This document shows, one piece after another, positions 13,001-26,234 of a stretch of 64,000 nt of DNA. Source of the DNA: Octopus vulgaris (lineage: Eukaryota). The stretch is taken from assembly GCA_951406725.2 (NCBI GenBank), contig OX597817.1, positions 171,554,001-171,618,000 on the forward strand, read 5' to 3'. The notes below the pieces were generated by a model. That model had not been told where the DNA came from. It saw only the letters and a program-made list of their open reading frames with translations, and did not search any database. The position numbers and the translations under genes were made by a program. Positions within the stretch are counted from its first letter, which is position 1; the number at the start of each line of letters is the position of its first letter.

Positions 13001-14552
13001 TCAGTGTTGTTGATACCCAGCTTAAACATCTGTATATCAATGTGAGCCAGAAAAATAGAGTGGCTGCACATGGTGGGATCAATGTTGTTGATACCCAGCT
13101 TAAACATCTGTATATCAATGTGAGCCAGAAAAATAGAGTGGCTGCACATGGTGGGATCAGTGTTGTTGATACCCAGCTTAAACATCTGTATATCAATGTG
13201 AGCCAGAAAAATAGAGTGGCTGCACATGGTGGGATCAATGTTGTTGATACCCAGCTTAAACATCTGTATATCAATGTGAGCCAGAAAAATAGAGTGGCTG
13301 CACATGGTGGGATCAATGTTGTTGATACCCAGCTTAAACATCTGTATATCAATGTGAGCCAGAAAAATAGAGTGGCTGCACATGGTGGGATCAATGTTGT
13401 TGATACCCAGCTTAAACATCTGTATATCAATGTGAGCCAGAAAAATAGAGTGGCTGCACATGGTGGGATCAGTGTTGTTGATACCCAGCTTAAACATCTG
13501 TATATCAATGTGAGCCAGAAAAATAGAGTGGCTGCACATGGGTGGGATCAATGTTGTTGATACCCAGCTTAAACATCTGTATATCAATGTGAGCCAGAAA
13601 AATAGAGTGGCTGCACATGGTGGGATCAGTGTTGTTGATACCCAGCTTAAACATCTGTATATCAATGTGAGCCAGAAAAATAGAGTGGCTGCACATGGTG
13701 GGATCAATGTTGTTGATACCCAGCTTAAACATCTGTATATCAATGTGAGCCAGAAAAATAGAGTGGCTGCACATGGTGGGATCAGTGTTGTTGATACCCA
13801 GCTTAAACATCTGTATATCAATGTGAGCCAGAAAAATAGAGTGGCTGCACATGGTGGGATCAATGTTGTTGATACCCAGCTTAAACATCTGTATATTAAT
13901 GTGAGCCAGAAAAATAGAGTGGCTGCACATGGTGGGATCAATGTTGTTGATACCCAGCTTAAACATCTGTATATCAATGTGAGCCAGAAAAATAGAGTGG
14001 CTGCACATGGTGGGATCAATGTTGTTGATACCCAGCTTAAACATCTGTATATCAATGTGAGCCAGAAAAATAGAGTGGCTGCACATGGTGGGATCAATGT
14101 TGTTGATACCCAGCTTAAACATCTGTATATCAATGTGAGCCAGAAAAATAGAGTGGCTGCACATGGTGGGATCAATGTTGTTGATACCCAGCTTAAACAT
14201 CTGTATATCAATGTGAGCCAGAAAAATAGAGTGGCTGCACATGGTGGGATCAATGTTGTTGATACCCAGCTTAAACATCTGTATATCAATGTGAGCCAGA
14301 AAAATAGAGTGGCTGCACATGGTGGGATCAATGTTGTTGATACCCAGCTTAAACATCTGTATATCAATGTGAGCCAGAAAAATAGAGTGGCTGCACATGG
14401 TGGGATCAATGTTGTTGATACCCAGCTTAAACATCTGTATATCAATGTGGCAGCCAGAAAAATAGAGTGGCTGCACATGGTGGGATCAATGTTGTTGATA
14501 CCCAGCTTAAACATCTGTATATCAATGTGAGCCAGAAAAATAGAGTGGCTGC
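10026..14552. repeat. 78-bp tandem array, 58 copies, near-identical
   Basis: Unit acatggtgggatcaatgttgttgatacccagcttaaacatctgtatatcaatgtgagccagaaaaatagagtggctgc. Span 4527 bp = 58x78 plus a 1-bp insertion (~13541) and a 2-bp insertion (~14450). Confidence 0.98.
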
Positions 14553-15645
14553 TTGCAATGAAGCAAACTCTTTTAATTAAAGAAGTTACCCAGAGACAAG
14601 TAATGGTGTTCAATTGAACTATATGATGAGGGCTACCTCAAAGTACTAGCCACATGGGTCGTTATCTGGGTGCTGTGAATTTGGTGGTACCATGTTATGT
14701 GTTTAGGAACTTTCACATACAAAATAGAAAAAAATGTGAAAATAATAAAATAAACACATTTTTTGGTATTTCTTACAAAAATTGTATTAAAAATCACTTG
14801 ATCCTGATATTTATAGCTTTTAAGTGTAGAAATTTTTAAAAATCATGCATGTAAATACGTTGAAATTCAGGCTGCACAGGAAACCAGCAATCCTAGGGCT
14901 AACTCAGAGCATGTTAGGTCTTGCACCCACTGCCAAATTTTCTCTTATGAAATCTAGAACTACAAAAGCTAATGAGGTCAACTTGGCTTGTCATCCTCTC
15001 AGGTTTGATAAAATAAGTACCAGTTGAACACTGGGGCCAGTGTAATCAGCTAACCCCTTCCCTGAAAATTTCAGGCCTTACACCTATGGTAGAAAGGATT
15101 ATGAAATCAAGAACTAAAGTTCTTGTTATTCAACATTGGAATATTGATGTTGATAGTTTTACAGTTCCAAATAAGTAATTGTTATCATAGAAATTGATGT
15201 CTTCTTTTAATAGCCACAGCTTCATGTATTGATTTCTTTGGAATAGGCACAAAGTAAATTATAATGAAAGAGGTGTGGCAGTCATTGAAAACAGACTTCA
15301 GACAAACAGGATTTGAAATAAGAAATAAGAATGTAGCAGAACAAAACAAAATGCTGTAACGAACTAATTACTCTATGAAAATATTGAGGTATTGCTTAAT
15401 GTTAAAATTAAGATCTTCCACAAGAATGTGGAAGCAATTTAGATATTCCTGTTATGGATACAATATCTATTTGAGACATAGGTAAGTGGATCTTCATGCA
15501 TATTTTGATTTTTGATTTAGCTTATAAGATATGTTGATTGTTAGAAATAAAGCTGCAAGTCAATATTTCTGATTGCTTAAAACAAAATGTTAATGCATGT
15601 GTGTGTATGTGTGTATGTGTGTGTGTATCATCATCATCATCATCA

Positions 15646-15693
<48 letters not shown>

Positions 15694-15754
15694 CTTCATC
15701 ATCATCATAATATGATATATATATATATATATATATAGATATATATATATATAA

Positions 15755-17342
15755 TCTTCATCATCATTATTGCTTAATGTCCACCTTCCATGCTGGCATG
15801 GATGGGATGGTTTGATAGGAGCTGGCCAGGCTGGAGCCTGCAACAGACTTCTGCAACTGTTTTGGCAGGATTTTTACAGCTGGATGCCCTTCCTATTCCA
15901 ACAACTCAGCAGAGTGGACTTTGTGCTTTTTACATGGCACAAGCACAGGCGAGGTCAGTTTTGGCAAGGTTTTTACAGCTGGATGCCCTTCCAAATGCCA
16001 ACCACCCTACAGTGTGGATTGGGTGCTTTTAAGTGGCACCTGCACTGACAGGGTCACCAAGTACTTGCAAGACAAAATAATCTCTTTTGAGAGGGGAGGG
16101 GGAATTGGAGGAGGTGATCTTATGTCAGGTAATGAGAGGCTATAGTGAGACAGAAACAGGTGCACTGCCACAAAGGGAATACATGGTTACCCAACCCGAG
16201 GGAAGTGCAGGAGAAGGAGAAAGTGAGAGTTGGAGACAGCAAAATAGAGATGGTGGCAAAGTGCCAGGCATACTCAAAAGGGATAGGGGAATCAGAATAT
16301 GAATGGGGTGGTTGAGTAAAGGAAGAGAGAGATATAGATGGTGGCAATTGCCAGGGCATACCCTTGAGGTTCAAAGGTCATAATATAAGTAGCAGAATAT
16401 TGTGAGGAAGCACGATTAGAGAGTGTGGAGGGGATAGTGGTATAAATCTGGGTATATATAGAGTTGGGGGGCTACCAGATAGAAATGATACAGAGGACCA
16501 GGGCTGTGAGAACAGGATTGGGGAGTGCAAGGTAGGCATAGTGTATGAAGGAGGAAATGTGAGGAAGAAAAGTGATGTTGAGATATAGATTGTTTGTTGG
16601 TGTAGGGTGTGTGAAAAGTTTTCTTGTTAAATGTGGGTGGAACACATAGCTCATGGGGGCTAGTGGAGAGCAATGATACAGTGGGACAGGGCTAAGTGGA
16701 CAGAATTGGGGAGTAGGAGGTAAGCATAATGCATGAAGTGGAAATGTAAGGAAGAGAAGAGATATAGAGATGTAGTTTGGTTTGTTTAGTAGAGTGTGTG
16801 AGAAGTTTTCTTGTTAAGTGTGGAAGGGACACACAGCACTTCTAGAACATGGGCGAGTCTTCTCAAGAACCTCATGTTGCCAAATATCTCGGTCCATTGT
16901 CATTTCCTCTGTGAGGCTCAACACCCTGAGATCGGTTCTTACCATCTCGTCCCATGTCTTCCTGGGTCTACTTCTTCCATGGGTGCCATCCACTGTCAGT
17001 GATTGGCACTTCTTTATGCAGCTGTCCTCATTCATATGCATTACATGTCCAAATGAACGTAGTCTTCTCTCTTGCATGCTACATTTAATCTCTCTTATGC
17101 CCAACTTTTCTCTCAATACATTTGCACTTTGCCATACATGTGCACTGATGCTGTACATCCAACTGAGCATACTACCTTTGTTTCTCTCCAGTCTACACAT
17201 GTCCTCTGCATTCAGAGTACATGCTTCACTACCATGGAGTATAGCCATTTGCACACATGCATCATACAGTCTACCTTTCACTCTGAAAGAGAGTCCGTTT
17301 GTTGCCAACAGAGGTAATTGCTCTCTGAACTTCCCCACCCAA
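15755..17342 (-). mobile_element. 5'-truncated RTE-clade LINE: ORF C-terminus (16814-17338), long 3' UTR and (ATG)n tail
   Basis: GKFREQLPLLATNGLSFRVKGRLYDACV...LHGSE...RLERN...MLSWM...LREKLGI...ERRLRSFGHVMHM...GRSRPRKTWDEMVRTDL...DRDIW is the typical RTE post-RT region. The 3' end ccatgccagcatggaaggtggacattaa(gat)n is at ~15760-15800. Confidence 0.92.
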
Positions 17343-18699
17343 TTCTTATTCCAGAAACATTACTTTCAGAGCATCCTTCACAATTGCTAATTTGGTCACC
17401 TAGGTAACAAAAACTGGAGTCCAGTTAGTTCTACACCAGGTAGCACTTACCCTCACTCTAAATCCCATGCTAAACCCTTCGCTCAACATTTCACTCAAGG
17501 CAACAAAGCAGCCATATGGAATTCCACGTTAATTCTTCAGGTAATGAAATTCCTACAACTTTTTTCAAATTGACAATCAATGGCATCTTTCTTCCTATTT
17601 TAGTCTGAGAAAGAAGACTGTAATGATCATGATGAACTGCATATCCCTCCCCTTCTTTAACCAAATATTAAAAAAACAAAACAAACACGCTCATACACAT
17701 TTATAACTACACCATACATGCATATATCTGCACAGATTTTTACCATACACCTATCCATCTACAGACATACATTCCTACATACGCTGAAAACAAATATCAT
17801 TTGCGAAGAAAATGAGTATTGAATGGCGTAGTAGGATAAGATGTTATCATATTCTTAATTTTTTCCCCACCAAACTGCTATTCAAGCATAAAAGTATCAT
17901 TAATTCTGAAAATTAAAATAAATATTTATTATCTGTCAGAAACTAATTAGAGTCTTTCAAACTCTTATCTTTAAAAAGTAACCATATAAAATTTATTATT
18001 TATCTGAAACAAAGAAATTTCAAAATTTCATCTCCATAACAAGTAACCATATAAAAATTTATAATTTTTCCAAAACAGAAACACTTTCAAAGTCACATCT
18101 CCAAAACAAGTAACCATATAAAATTAAAGGGAAAATTTAATTAAAAATTTAAATATGCTCTGCATTAGTTTATTTTGTTTTATTTTAATTGATTTTTGCT
18201 AGTTTCCTTTGTTTCTGAAAAATATGTCTTGCTTCATATTTGTTATCTGTGGTTGGTTTGAAATCCTTATTTTCTTTTGGAGTGGATTTGTGTTTTTTTT
18301 TGTTTCTATTTAGTACATGTGTCAATCATTATTGTTGTGTAGCCCCAGGTTAGGCCTGATTAAGAATGGTATTGGCAGGTAGGCAGTTGTTTGAATTATT
18401 GACTGTGATCCACAAATCCAGCATTCTGGATATAAGTTACAGCTGAGTTTAGTTGAGGGCAATCAGAAGTGTTCCTGTCCTCACTCAAACTGCTAGAAAT
18501 AGCAGCTTCAAACATCATAACAATGGTTGAATATACAAAACAATCCAGGCTCTGAATATAATTTGTCAGAAAAGAAAACAGGTTACTCATTGCTGGAATG
18601 CTGATTGGATGATAAGTGCTTATAGATCACAGGTATCATCATCATTTTAACATATGTGTGCATAAACATGTACATTATATATATATATATATATATATA

Positions 18700-18870
18700 G
18701 GCGCAGGAGTGGCTGTGTGGTGAGTAGCTTGCTTACCAACCACATGGTTCCGGGTTCAGTCCCACTGCGTGGCACCTTGGGCAAGTGTCTTCTACTATAG
18801 CCGTGGGCCGACCAAAGCCTTGTGAGTGGATTTGGTAGACGGAAACTGAAAGAAGCCTGTCGTATATATG

Positions 18871-18901
<31 letters not shown>

Positions 18902-19118
18902 TTGTGTGACTGTGTTTGTCCCCCTAGCATTGCTTGACAACCGATGCTGGTGTGTTTACGTCCCCGTCACTTAGCGGTTCGGCAAAAGAGACCGATAGAA
19001 TAAGTACTGGGCTTACAAAGAATAAGTCCCGGGGTCGATTTGTTCGACTAAAGGCGGTGCTCCAGCATGGCCACAGTCAAATGACTGAAACAAGTAAAAG
19101 AGTAAAAGAGTAAAGAGT
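18700..19118 (+). mobile_element. SINE family A, full length
   Basis: Same head, body and (agtaaaag)n tail; abuts (TA)n. Confidence 0.92.
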
Positions 19119-19524
19119 ATATATATATATAATTTAATAAACACAATATATGTTTTATGTGCTGCTATTGGTTTCATGTGCTAATAGTAGCAGGCTGTTC
19201 CGCTTATTGGGTCAACTGGAATATTTGTCGTTGTTACCAATGGAGTGCCAGTCTTTTGAAATACATGCACATAAATGTAGATGTGTGTGTGTATGTGTGT
19301 ATGTGTGTGTGTGTGTGTTTATGTATGTATGCATGTATATACATATCATACTTTGATAGGTTTCGGCCAGTAGTGGCCCAGGCAATGTCTAACTTAATAG
19401 CACCACCCGGCAAAGCCATTGAAATCAGGAATCAGACAGCATGGCTCACTCTCTCTTTTACTTGTTTCAGTCATTTAACTGTGGCCATACTGGAGCACCG
19501 CCTTTAGAGAGAGTTATTGTTTAT

Positions 19525-19880
19525 ATCGAGGAGAGAGTTATTGTTTATGGAGACATATCCGGGTGTAGGAGGTTTATCTGAAGGAATTTGTCCAGAGACT
19601 TCTTGAACTTTATGGGGCTTGTTTCTGCTTTAATGTGTTTTGGTGTAATGTTAAAGAAAGTGGGGGCAATTTGAGGTGAAATAATTGTGCTGTATTGTTG
19701 TTATGTGATGCGGGTATGATTTATGTTGTGGGCGGATAGTACAGGGCCCAAGTCTTGGGTGTATCTTAAAGACAATGCCAACATCGTTTGGGCAATATTG
19801 ATAGAATATTTTCCACATCATGCAGATGATGTAGTGCTCATGGCGGCACTAGAGAATAAAGCTTGAGCTTTTCTAGTGAA
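19525..19880 (-). mobile_element. 3' fragment of a CR1/L2-group LINE
   Basis: Broken minus-strand frames read EKLKLYSL...HYIICMMWKIFYQYCPNDVGIVFKIHPRLGPC...HNYFTS...FFNITPKHIKAE...KFKKSLDKFLQI, the CR1-type 'L.SL..RR...WKI...FN.LP...FK..LDKFL' terminus. Confidence 0.75.
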
Positions 19881-20367
19881 CCCCAATAGTCAAGGCCTGT
19901 TAATGACCATTTTCCATGCTGCGTGTGTGTGTGTGTGTGTGCTTGCATATATGCATGCGCTTTTCTTCAATAATTGAACTTGTAGGGGTCAGTGTAAAAG
20001 AAGTATTTCATTTTCAGGAACTTCAATGAAACATCATACATCTGGTACTTATTTTACTGATTCCAATAGGGAATCCTGAAAAACCAGAAGCTACCAAATT
20101 TCATAATTTCAAACCAAAACAATGAGGCACCAAATTAGATATAACAAAATATTGAGCAGAGTAAGAGAGAAAGAGGAGAGATTAATTTCTAGTGGGTTCA
20201 AACACAAATTGCTTTCTCTGTTGAGTTATTTTGCTAGATTTCTGGCTATAATCAATAGCCTGGTGAGGAATAAGTTCTGACAAAGTGAGGAGCCCTCAAC
20301 ACACAAGCAAGGTACTCAGAAGAGCAACAGAGTAAATCATCAAACAATTATATATATATATATTTAC

Positions 20368-20436
<69 letters not shown>

Positions 20437-20462
20437 CTCTATTTCTCTGAATGAAATATATA

Positions 20463-20526
<64 letters not shown>

Positions 20527-20534
20527 TGTATATG

Positions 20535-20575
<41 letters not shown>

Positions 20576-20792
20576 TATACATATACACACATATACACAT
20601 ACATATAAATATATATATATATATATATGTAAAATGCTAAATATAAACAAAGAGTAGTAATTCAATAACAGGAATAATGTTGAAATAAAAAGAGGTTGTT
20701 AAACCCATGGAAACACTATTGGTTAGTTTGTCAGTTAGCTTGTGCTAAGCATTCAAAATAATTAATAATAATAATAATAAATGTGATCTTAC

Positions 20793-21594
20793 CTAGTGAT
20801 TGCTATATCAGCTTTCTGTAATGCTATCTGTGCAGCTCTTTGTGCAGAAACAAGTGCGTTATCCACACGCTCACGAAGTTTAGAGGTCCGTATCAAAAAA
20901 AGTTTATTTTTCTTCCCAGAAGATATCAAAATATTATTTTTATATTTTCCTTCTTCCCTGGCGCCATCTTTAAAAGTGGTGACCCCATATCCATATTTTT
21001 TGTTATTATACCATTCCCCTTCATACTTGAGGCCATCTGATCGCTCACTGATACCGAAACCAGACCGTTTGTCGTTCTTCCACTCCCCCATATAGCTTTC
21101 TGTTACATTGATGTCTGTGATATCGTCCTGACTCACAAAGCTTAGATTGCTATCTGTGTACATCGATGTGTTGGTCATTCCAGACTGTGTGGAGTCAGCA
21201 CTAACATGGCTAATGTTGCTGATGGTGCTACGAACGGATCCGCTTTGACGCTTCGGAGAATCATTTATATCACCAGTACTTTTCTGTTTTTTCAGTTTCA
21301 GGCCAGACATGAGAGTCTTGCGCAAACTGTATTTTCCTTGCTTGTCAAAGATGGAACGTCGAGGCTGAGTTGGGGTCTCATCACTTCGAGCTTTCAACAC
21401 AAACCCGCCACGACTCTCATCGAGCTTACGATCCCGATTTTTGACAACCTGCTCATCTTCGTTCTCACTTCTTAAGGACGTTAGGGATGCTCGTAAGGCC
21501 TTGGGACGGTAATGTGAGGCCAGTCCATAAGGTACGCTCTGCCTCACACCATAACCATGCCGAGTGCCTCTTTGCCATTGGCCTTGATATGTAC
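20793..21594 (-). CDS. JPH: Junctophilin internal coding exon (MORN repeat, joining region, two further MORN repeats, start of alpha-helical domain)
   Basis: Translation (G)TYQGQWQRGTRHGYGVRQSVPYG...SRGGFVLKARSD...DDITDINVTESYMGEWKNDKRSGFGISERSDGLKYEGEWYNNKKYGYGVTTFKDGAREEGKYKNNIL...AQRAAQIALQKADIAITR matches the junctophilin family. Acceptor ttctcatttctgcag|GT at 21595/21594 and donor AG|gtaag at 20793/20792. Length 802 bp with phase 1 start and phase 2 end, the boundaries I recall for vertebrate JPH exon 2. Confidence 0.96.
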
Positions 21595-21659
21595 CTGCAG
21601 AAATGAGAAGAAAAGAGCAAATTTAATAAAGTGTTTATTTTTTTACATTGCAAAAAACA

Positions 21660-21702
<43 letters not shown>

Positions 21703-21865
21703 GAGTGTGTGGTAAAAAATTTGTTTCCCAACTATATGGTTCCAGGTTCAGTCCCACTGTGTGGCACCTTGGGCAAGGGTCTTCTACTATAGCCTCGGGC
21801 TGACCAAAGCCTTGAAAGAGGATTTGGTAGATGGAAACTAAAAGAAGCCTGTCGTATATATATAT

Positions 21866-21903
<38 letters not shown>

Positions 21904-22427
21904 GTGGTTGTTGTATTTGGTGTGCTGCCACACCCAATGCCACCAAATTTCAAGCAGGAGTATAACAAAAGTTTTCTAATAAGATTTGTGATTGAATTAA
22001 TGAGTAAGATTAATATTTATAACAAATTTGCCATTTTCGATGGGTGTGCTGCACACACCTAGCACACCTGGAATATATACCCCTGGATGACAGAAATATG
22101 GTAACAAGAGATTTAAACTGAAAGATTAGAGTTATGTTCATGAGGAGTTAGAAGGAAGTTGCCACATATATGTGAATGTCTTGAAAGCCATGAATGGCTT
22201 CTGAAGGTAGGTATTTAGTTTTATGCAGAAAAAGTAAATTTTACTATGTGTATAATACCAGTCTGTTGTAAGACATCACTAGCTTGTGCATTACTCCAGT
22301 GGAGCCTTGGCAAACACATTCTTCCTCTGTGAAACAGTGGATGTGTTTATCTTGGTTTATCTTGGAGGAAAAGGTTACTGTGAATGGTTTGTATGTTTTC
22401 ACACCACAGTGCAGCCAAGTCTGAGAA

Positions 22428-22839
<412 letters not shown>

Positions 22840-24249
22840 GTGGAGAGGCGGAGAATCAACCTCAGAACTTGACAGGTACATTACATTACTGAACTCTGAA
22901 GAATGAAAAGCAAAGTTGACTTCCACAGGATTTGAATTCAGAAGACAAAGGGTTACAACAAACACTGCCAGGCAATTGTGTTGTGCTCCGGAAATTCTGC
23001 CAAATGTCCACTTTCTGTTGTGGGTAACATTTTAAAATAACTTAGCACCCATTTCTCAAAGCTGTCAATAGCATGAAAATTAAAGTGCATTATCTCACTG
23101 TATAACAAACTACCTTCAGTAAATTTAAACCCAGTATCCATGGACTTGTACCTGACTATTTTTCAGAGGTGTATACATAAAAAAATATTCTCTCATTTTT
23201 TTCAAGAAGCAAAATATGATGTATGTTAGTGTACTGAGATGGAGAAAATCAAAATTAAGTGTTTCAGAGCTGAGGGGATCTCTCTGAAATGCTCAATATA
23301 GCATCTCTTTGTGACACAACAACGCATCACATTGTGCTTATTTTTATTGAATTAATTCATACAAGGGACACTCACTCTCTCTTTCTTTCTCTCTCTCTCT
23401 CTCGCTAGTTTTGTTTGAATTTTACTAAGTATGTTTAGTTATTTCCTTGACTGAAGCAATATTCGGTTAACTGCCAATATATTTTGGCTGCAAACTGAAA
23501 TTGCTCTATACAGCGATTCAATTTTGTCAACAAAATATAAGCCATTCGTCATAATGTTTGCTAAATTTCTTATTTGAAAACTTCACTGTCACAAGTAATG
23601 AAACCAGATGTATAACATTTTTGTTTCATCTTTTATACGTCTATAATAACAATAATAACAACCATTATGATGACCTCTGTTAAAAAGAGCTTTGAATGTT
23701 CAACCAACCCTACAATCAAACAACCGTCGTTACTGACACATGAATATTTGTTGCTTCATAAAGGCCCTATATTTATTTTAAAAGAGAATATAGTGGTTAT
23801 AAGGTTAAATAACTGAAGTCGTTACATTGTGTTCCTGAACAAGGTATATAACTCTACTTTTTCCGCTTGGTTAACTGACAAAAATCATATTCCATTTATG
23901 TTTCACTGTTGAGTAGGGGACTTCCAGTAATGAAGTGATTGCCTCTACATAACTGCTTGACATGTTAGAAATAGAAGCTAAATCACCTTCAAATCATATG
24001 AGATTTGTACTTGGAACATAAAGGGAAGTAGTAACTAAATATTGCAATGTGTTTTGTTAGACTTTCAGCTAATTCTGCCATCTTTCCGCTCATTATTAAT
24101 TATAATGGTTTCTGATTAAGTCACAAGGTCAGCCATCTCGAGGAGAAAGAGTTAGTATTTTAAGTACACTGTCACCTAAAACACTTAGGGCCTAAAGGAG
24201 TCTTAGCTCACCCAAAACCTACAACTATTTGTAAAAAAGAAAAATATCT

Positions 24250-24496
24250 GTGCCCTTTTAAAGCCTAGCCAGGCTCATGGGCCAGGTCTCCCGGTTTCAG
24301 TGGTGTATCTGTTCCCCAGCTGGATGGGACGCCAGTCCATCACAATGTTACTAATTTTTGCCAGTTGAGTGGACTGGAGCAACGTGAAATGAAGTGTTTT
24401 GCTCAAGAATACCATGTGTCGCCCGGTCCAGGAATCGAAACCACAATCTCACAATCATGATTCTGACACCCTAACCACTAAGCCATGCGCCTCCAC
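24250..24496 (-). mobile_element. tRNA-derived SINE with V-domain-like segment
   Basis: Minus strand: ggaggcgcatggcttagtggttaggg...gtttcgattcc...gatggactggcgtcccatccagctgggg, which resembles the V-SINE core. Confidence 0.75.
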
Positions 24497-26193
24497 TACA
24501 GCTATTTGTACCAACACAATAAGGTTCTCAAAATAAAGCAATTCAGTAAAATTATAACAATTCTAAAGCTCAAGTGTATAAATTTCATACAAACCTATCA
24601 CCCTCCAAAAAGGGAGGTCAAAAGCTTGCATGACCCACATACTCAAACCTCTACACTCACCTACAACACAGGTTACAAAGCCGACACAGCAAAACATATG
24701 ATGGCTTCAACAACAGCAATACCTCACATACATTCAGCAAGTCTTTCGAACCTATTCTTCACTATCCACTCATACAAATAACTAAATAAAACCCTGAGCA
24801 TCGTGTTAAGAAACTGCACAAGATACTGCATAGTGAATTATCTGTCAGGAGAGCTTAGCCTATCTAACATGCAAGAACTGCATTTTCAGAACCTGTGATT
24901 TTTTTCAAATGGATCATCACAGGGTTCTGTCCTCTCACCTGATTTTTTGTAATCCTGTGCTTGAGGAAACCTATTGAGTCAAGTACATCAACATCAAAAT
25001 AAATATCAAATGGAAATTGTAGTTGTGATACCTGTGCCGGTGACACGTAAAAAGCATTATCCGAACATGGCTGATGCCAGCGCTGCCTTGACTGGCTTCT
25101 GTGCCGGTGGCACGTAAAAAGCACCAACTGATCAGGGCTGCTGCCAGTGGCTCATAAAAAGCACCCACTACACTCATGGAGTGGTTGGCATTAGGAAGGG
25201 CATCCAACTGTAGAAACACTGCCAGATCAGACTGGAGCCTGGTGCAGCCACCTGGCTTCCCAGACCCTGGTTGAACCGTCCAACCCGTGCAAGCACAGAA
25301 AACGGACGTTAAACAATGATGATGATGATGATACCTCCAGACCTTCTTATATTTGTGGTTTTGCCTGACCCCTTTATAATATCCTCAGATGTCTACTCAC
25401 AATATTGTAATATCCAGTTTATATTTTACATAAACATCGCTTGTCCATTCTAGCAATGCCATTGGCTCCATGTGAACAGATTGACCAATACTTCTGAGTG
25501 ACTCATGGCTCACATTGCCTCTGGATTATCATTAAATCAATGCTGTACCTGCAATGGACCACATTCCGTTAATCCCTTGCTTGTTGCTATGCATTCTCTA
25601 ACCCCATTAGCAGTTAATACACCCCTGCCAGATAGTGTCAACACCTGAGTAACATATACATAAATATTAAGATTAATAAAGATTATCTAATTACTGTGTA
25701 AGTATGACATTAGTAACTAAATTATCCTACTCGTTAATCAGTTTGCTTCACAATCACATGGTTCCAGGTTCAACACTACAACACAGAACCTTGAGCAAGT
25801 CTCTTCAATTATAATCTTAAGCCAACCAAAAGATTTTGTGTGCAATTCAATAGATGGAAACTTATGTAGACACCTACTGGATGGTCTAAGAGAGCACAAA
25901 TGGTATTATGAATAGGGTTGGTGATGCAGACAACCAGTCAAGAGGTTGTCAGTTCAAGTCATGTCGAAGGTACTGTTGTTTCAGTTGGTATGGCATGTAA
26001 TTCTTAAAACGGCCCAGTCCACCTAGTGTAAATAGGTTGTGAGTTTAATTATTCTTGTAGAGTAAAATACCTGAACAGAAGAAGGCAAGAGCAAGTTTAT
26101 CACTTGTACATATTGGCCTCCATTAGAATAATTCACAATATTTCATTCTCAAGCATGCATATTTATATATGTGTGTGTGTATGATAGTGTGTA

Positions 26194-26234
<41 letters not shown>

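Noticed and set aside
10026-14552. CRISPR array interpretation of the 78-bp repeat
   Set aside because: The entire unit repeats with no unique spacers, there are no cas genes, and the context is eukaryotic.
9940-14613. 1557-, 1172- and 1160-aa ORFs as protein-coding genes
   Set aside because: They follow automatically from a stop-free 78-bp unit, overlap in several frames and show no coding-type variation. Kept only as a hypothesis in the findings.
18647-18940. Recurrent ORFs such as MSSNARG...[18 protein letters not shown] and [12 protein letters not shown]
   Set aside because: Translations of SINE copies, not genes.
20789-21547. ORF-track start (MRQSVPYG) and stop of the junctophilin ORF
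   Set aside because: The start is a GTG inside the exon and the stop lies in the donor site gtaa; the true limits are the splice sites 21594 and 20793.
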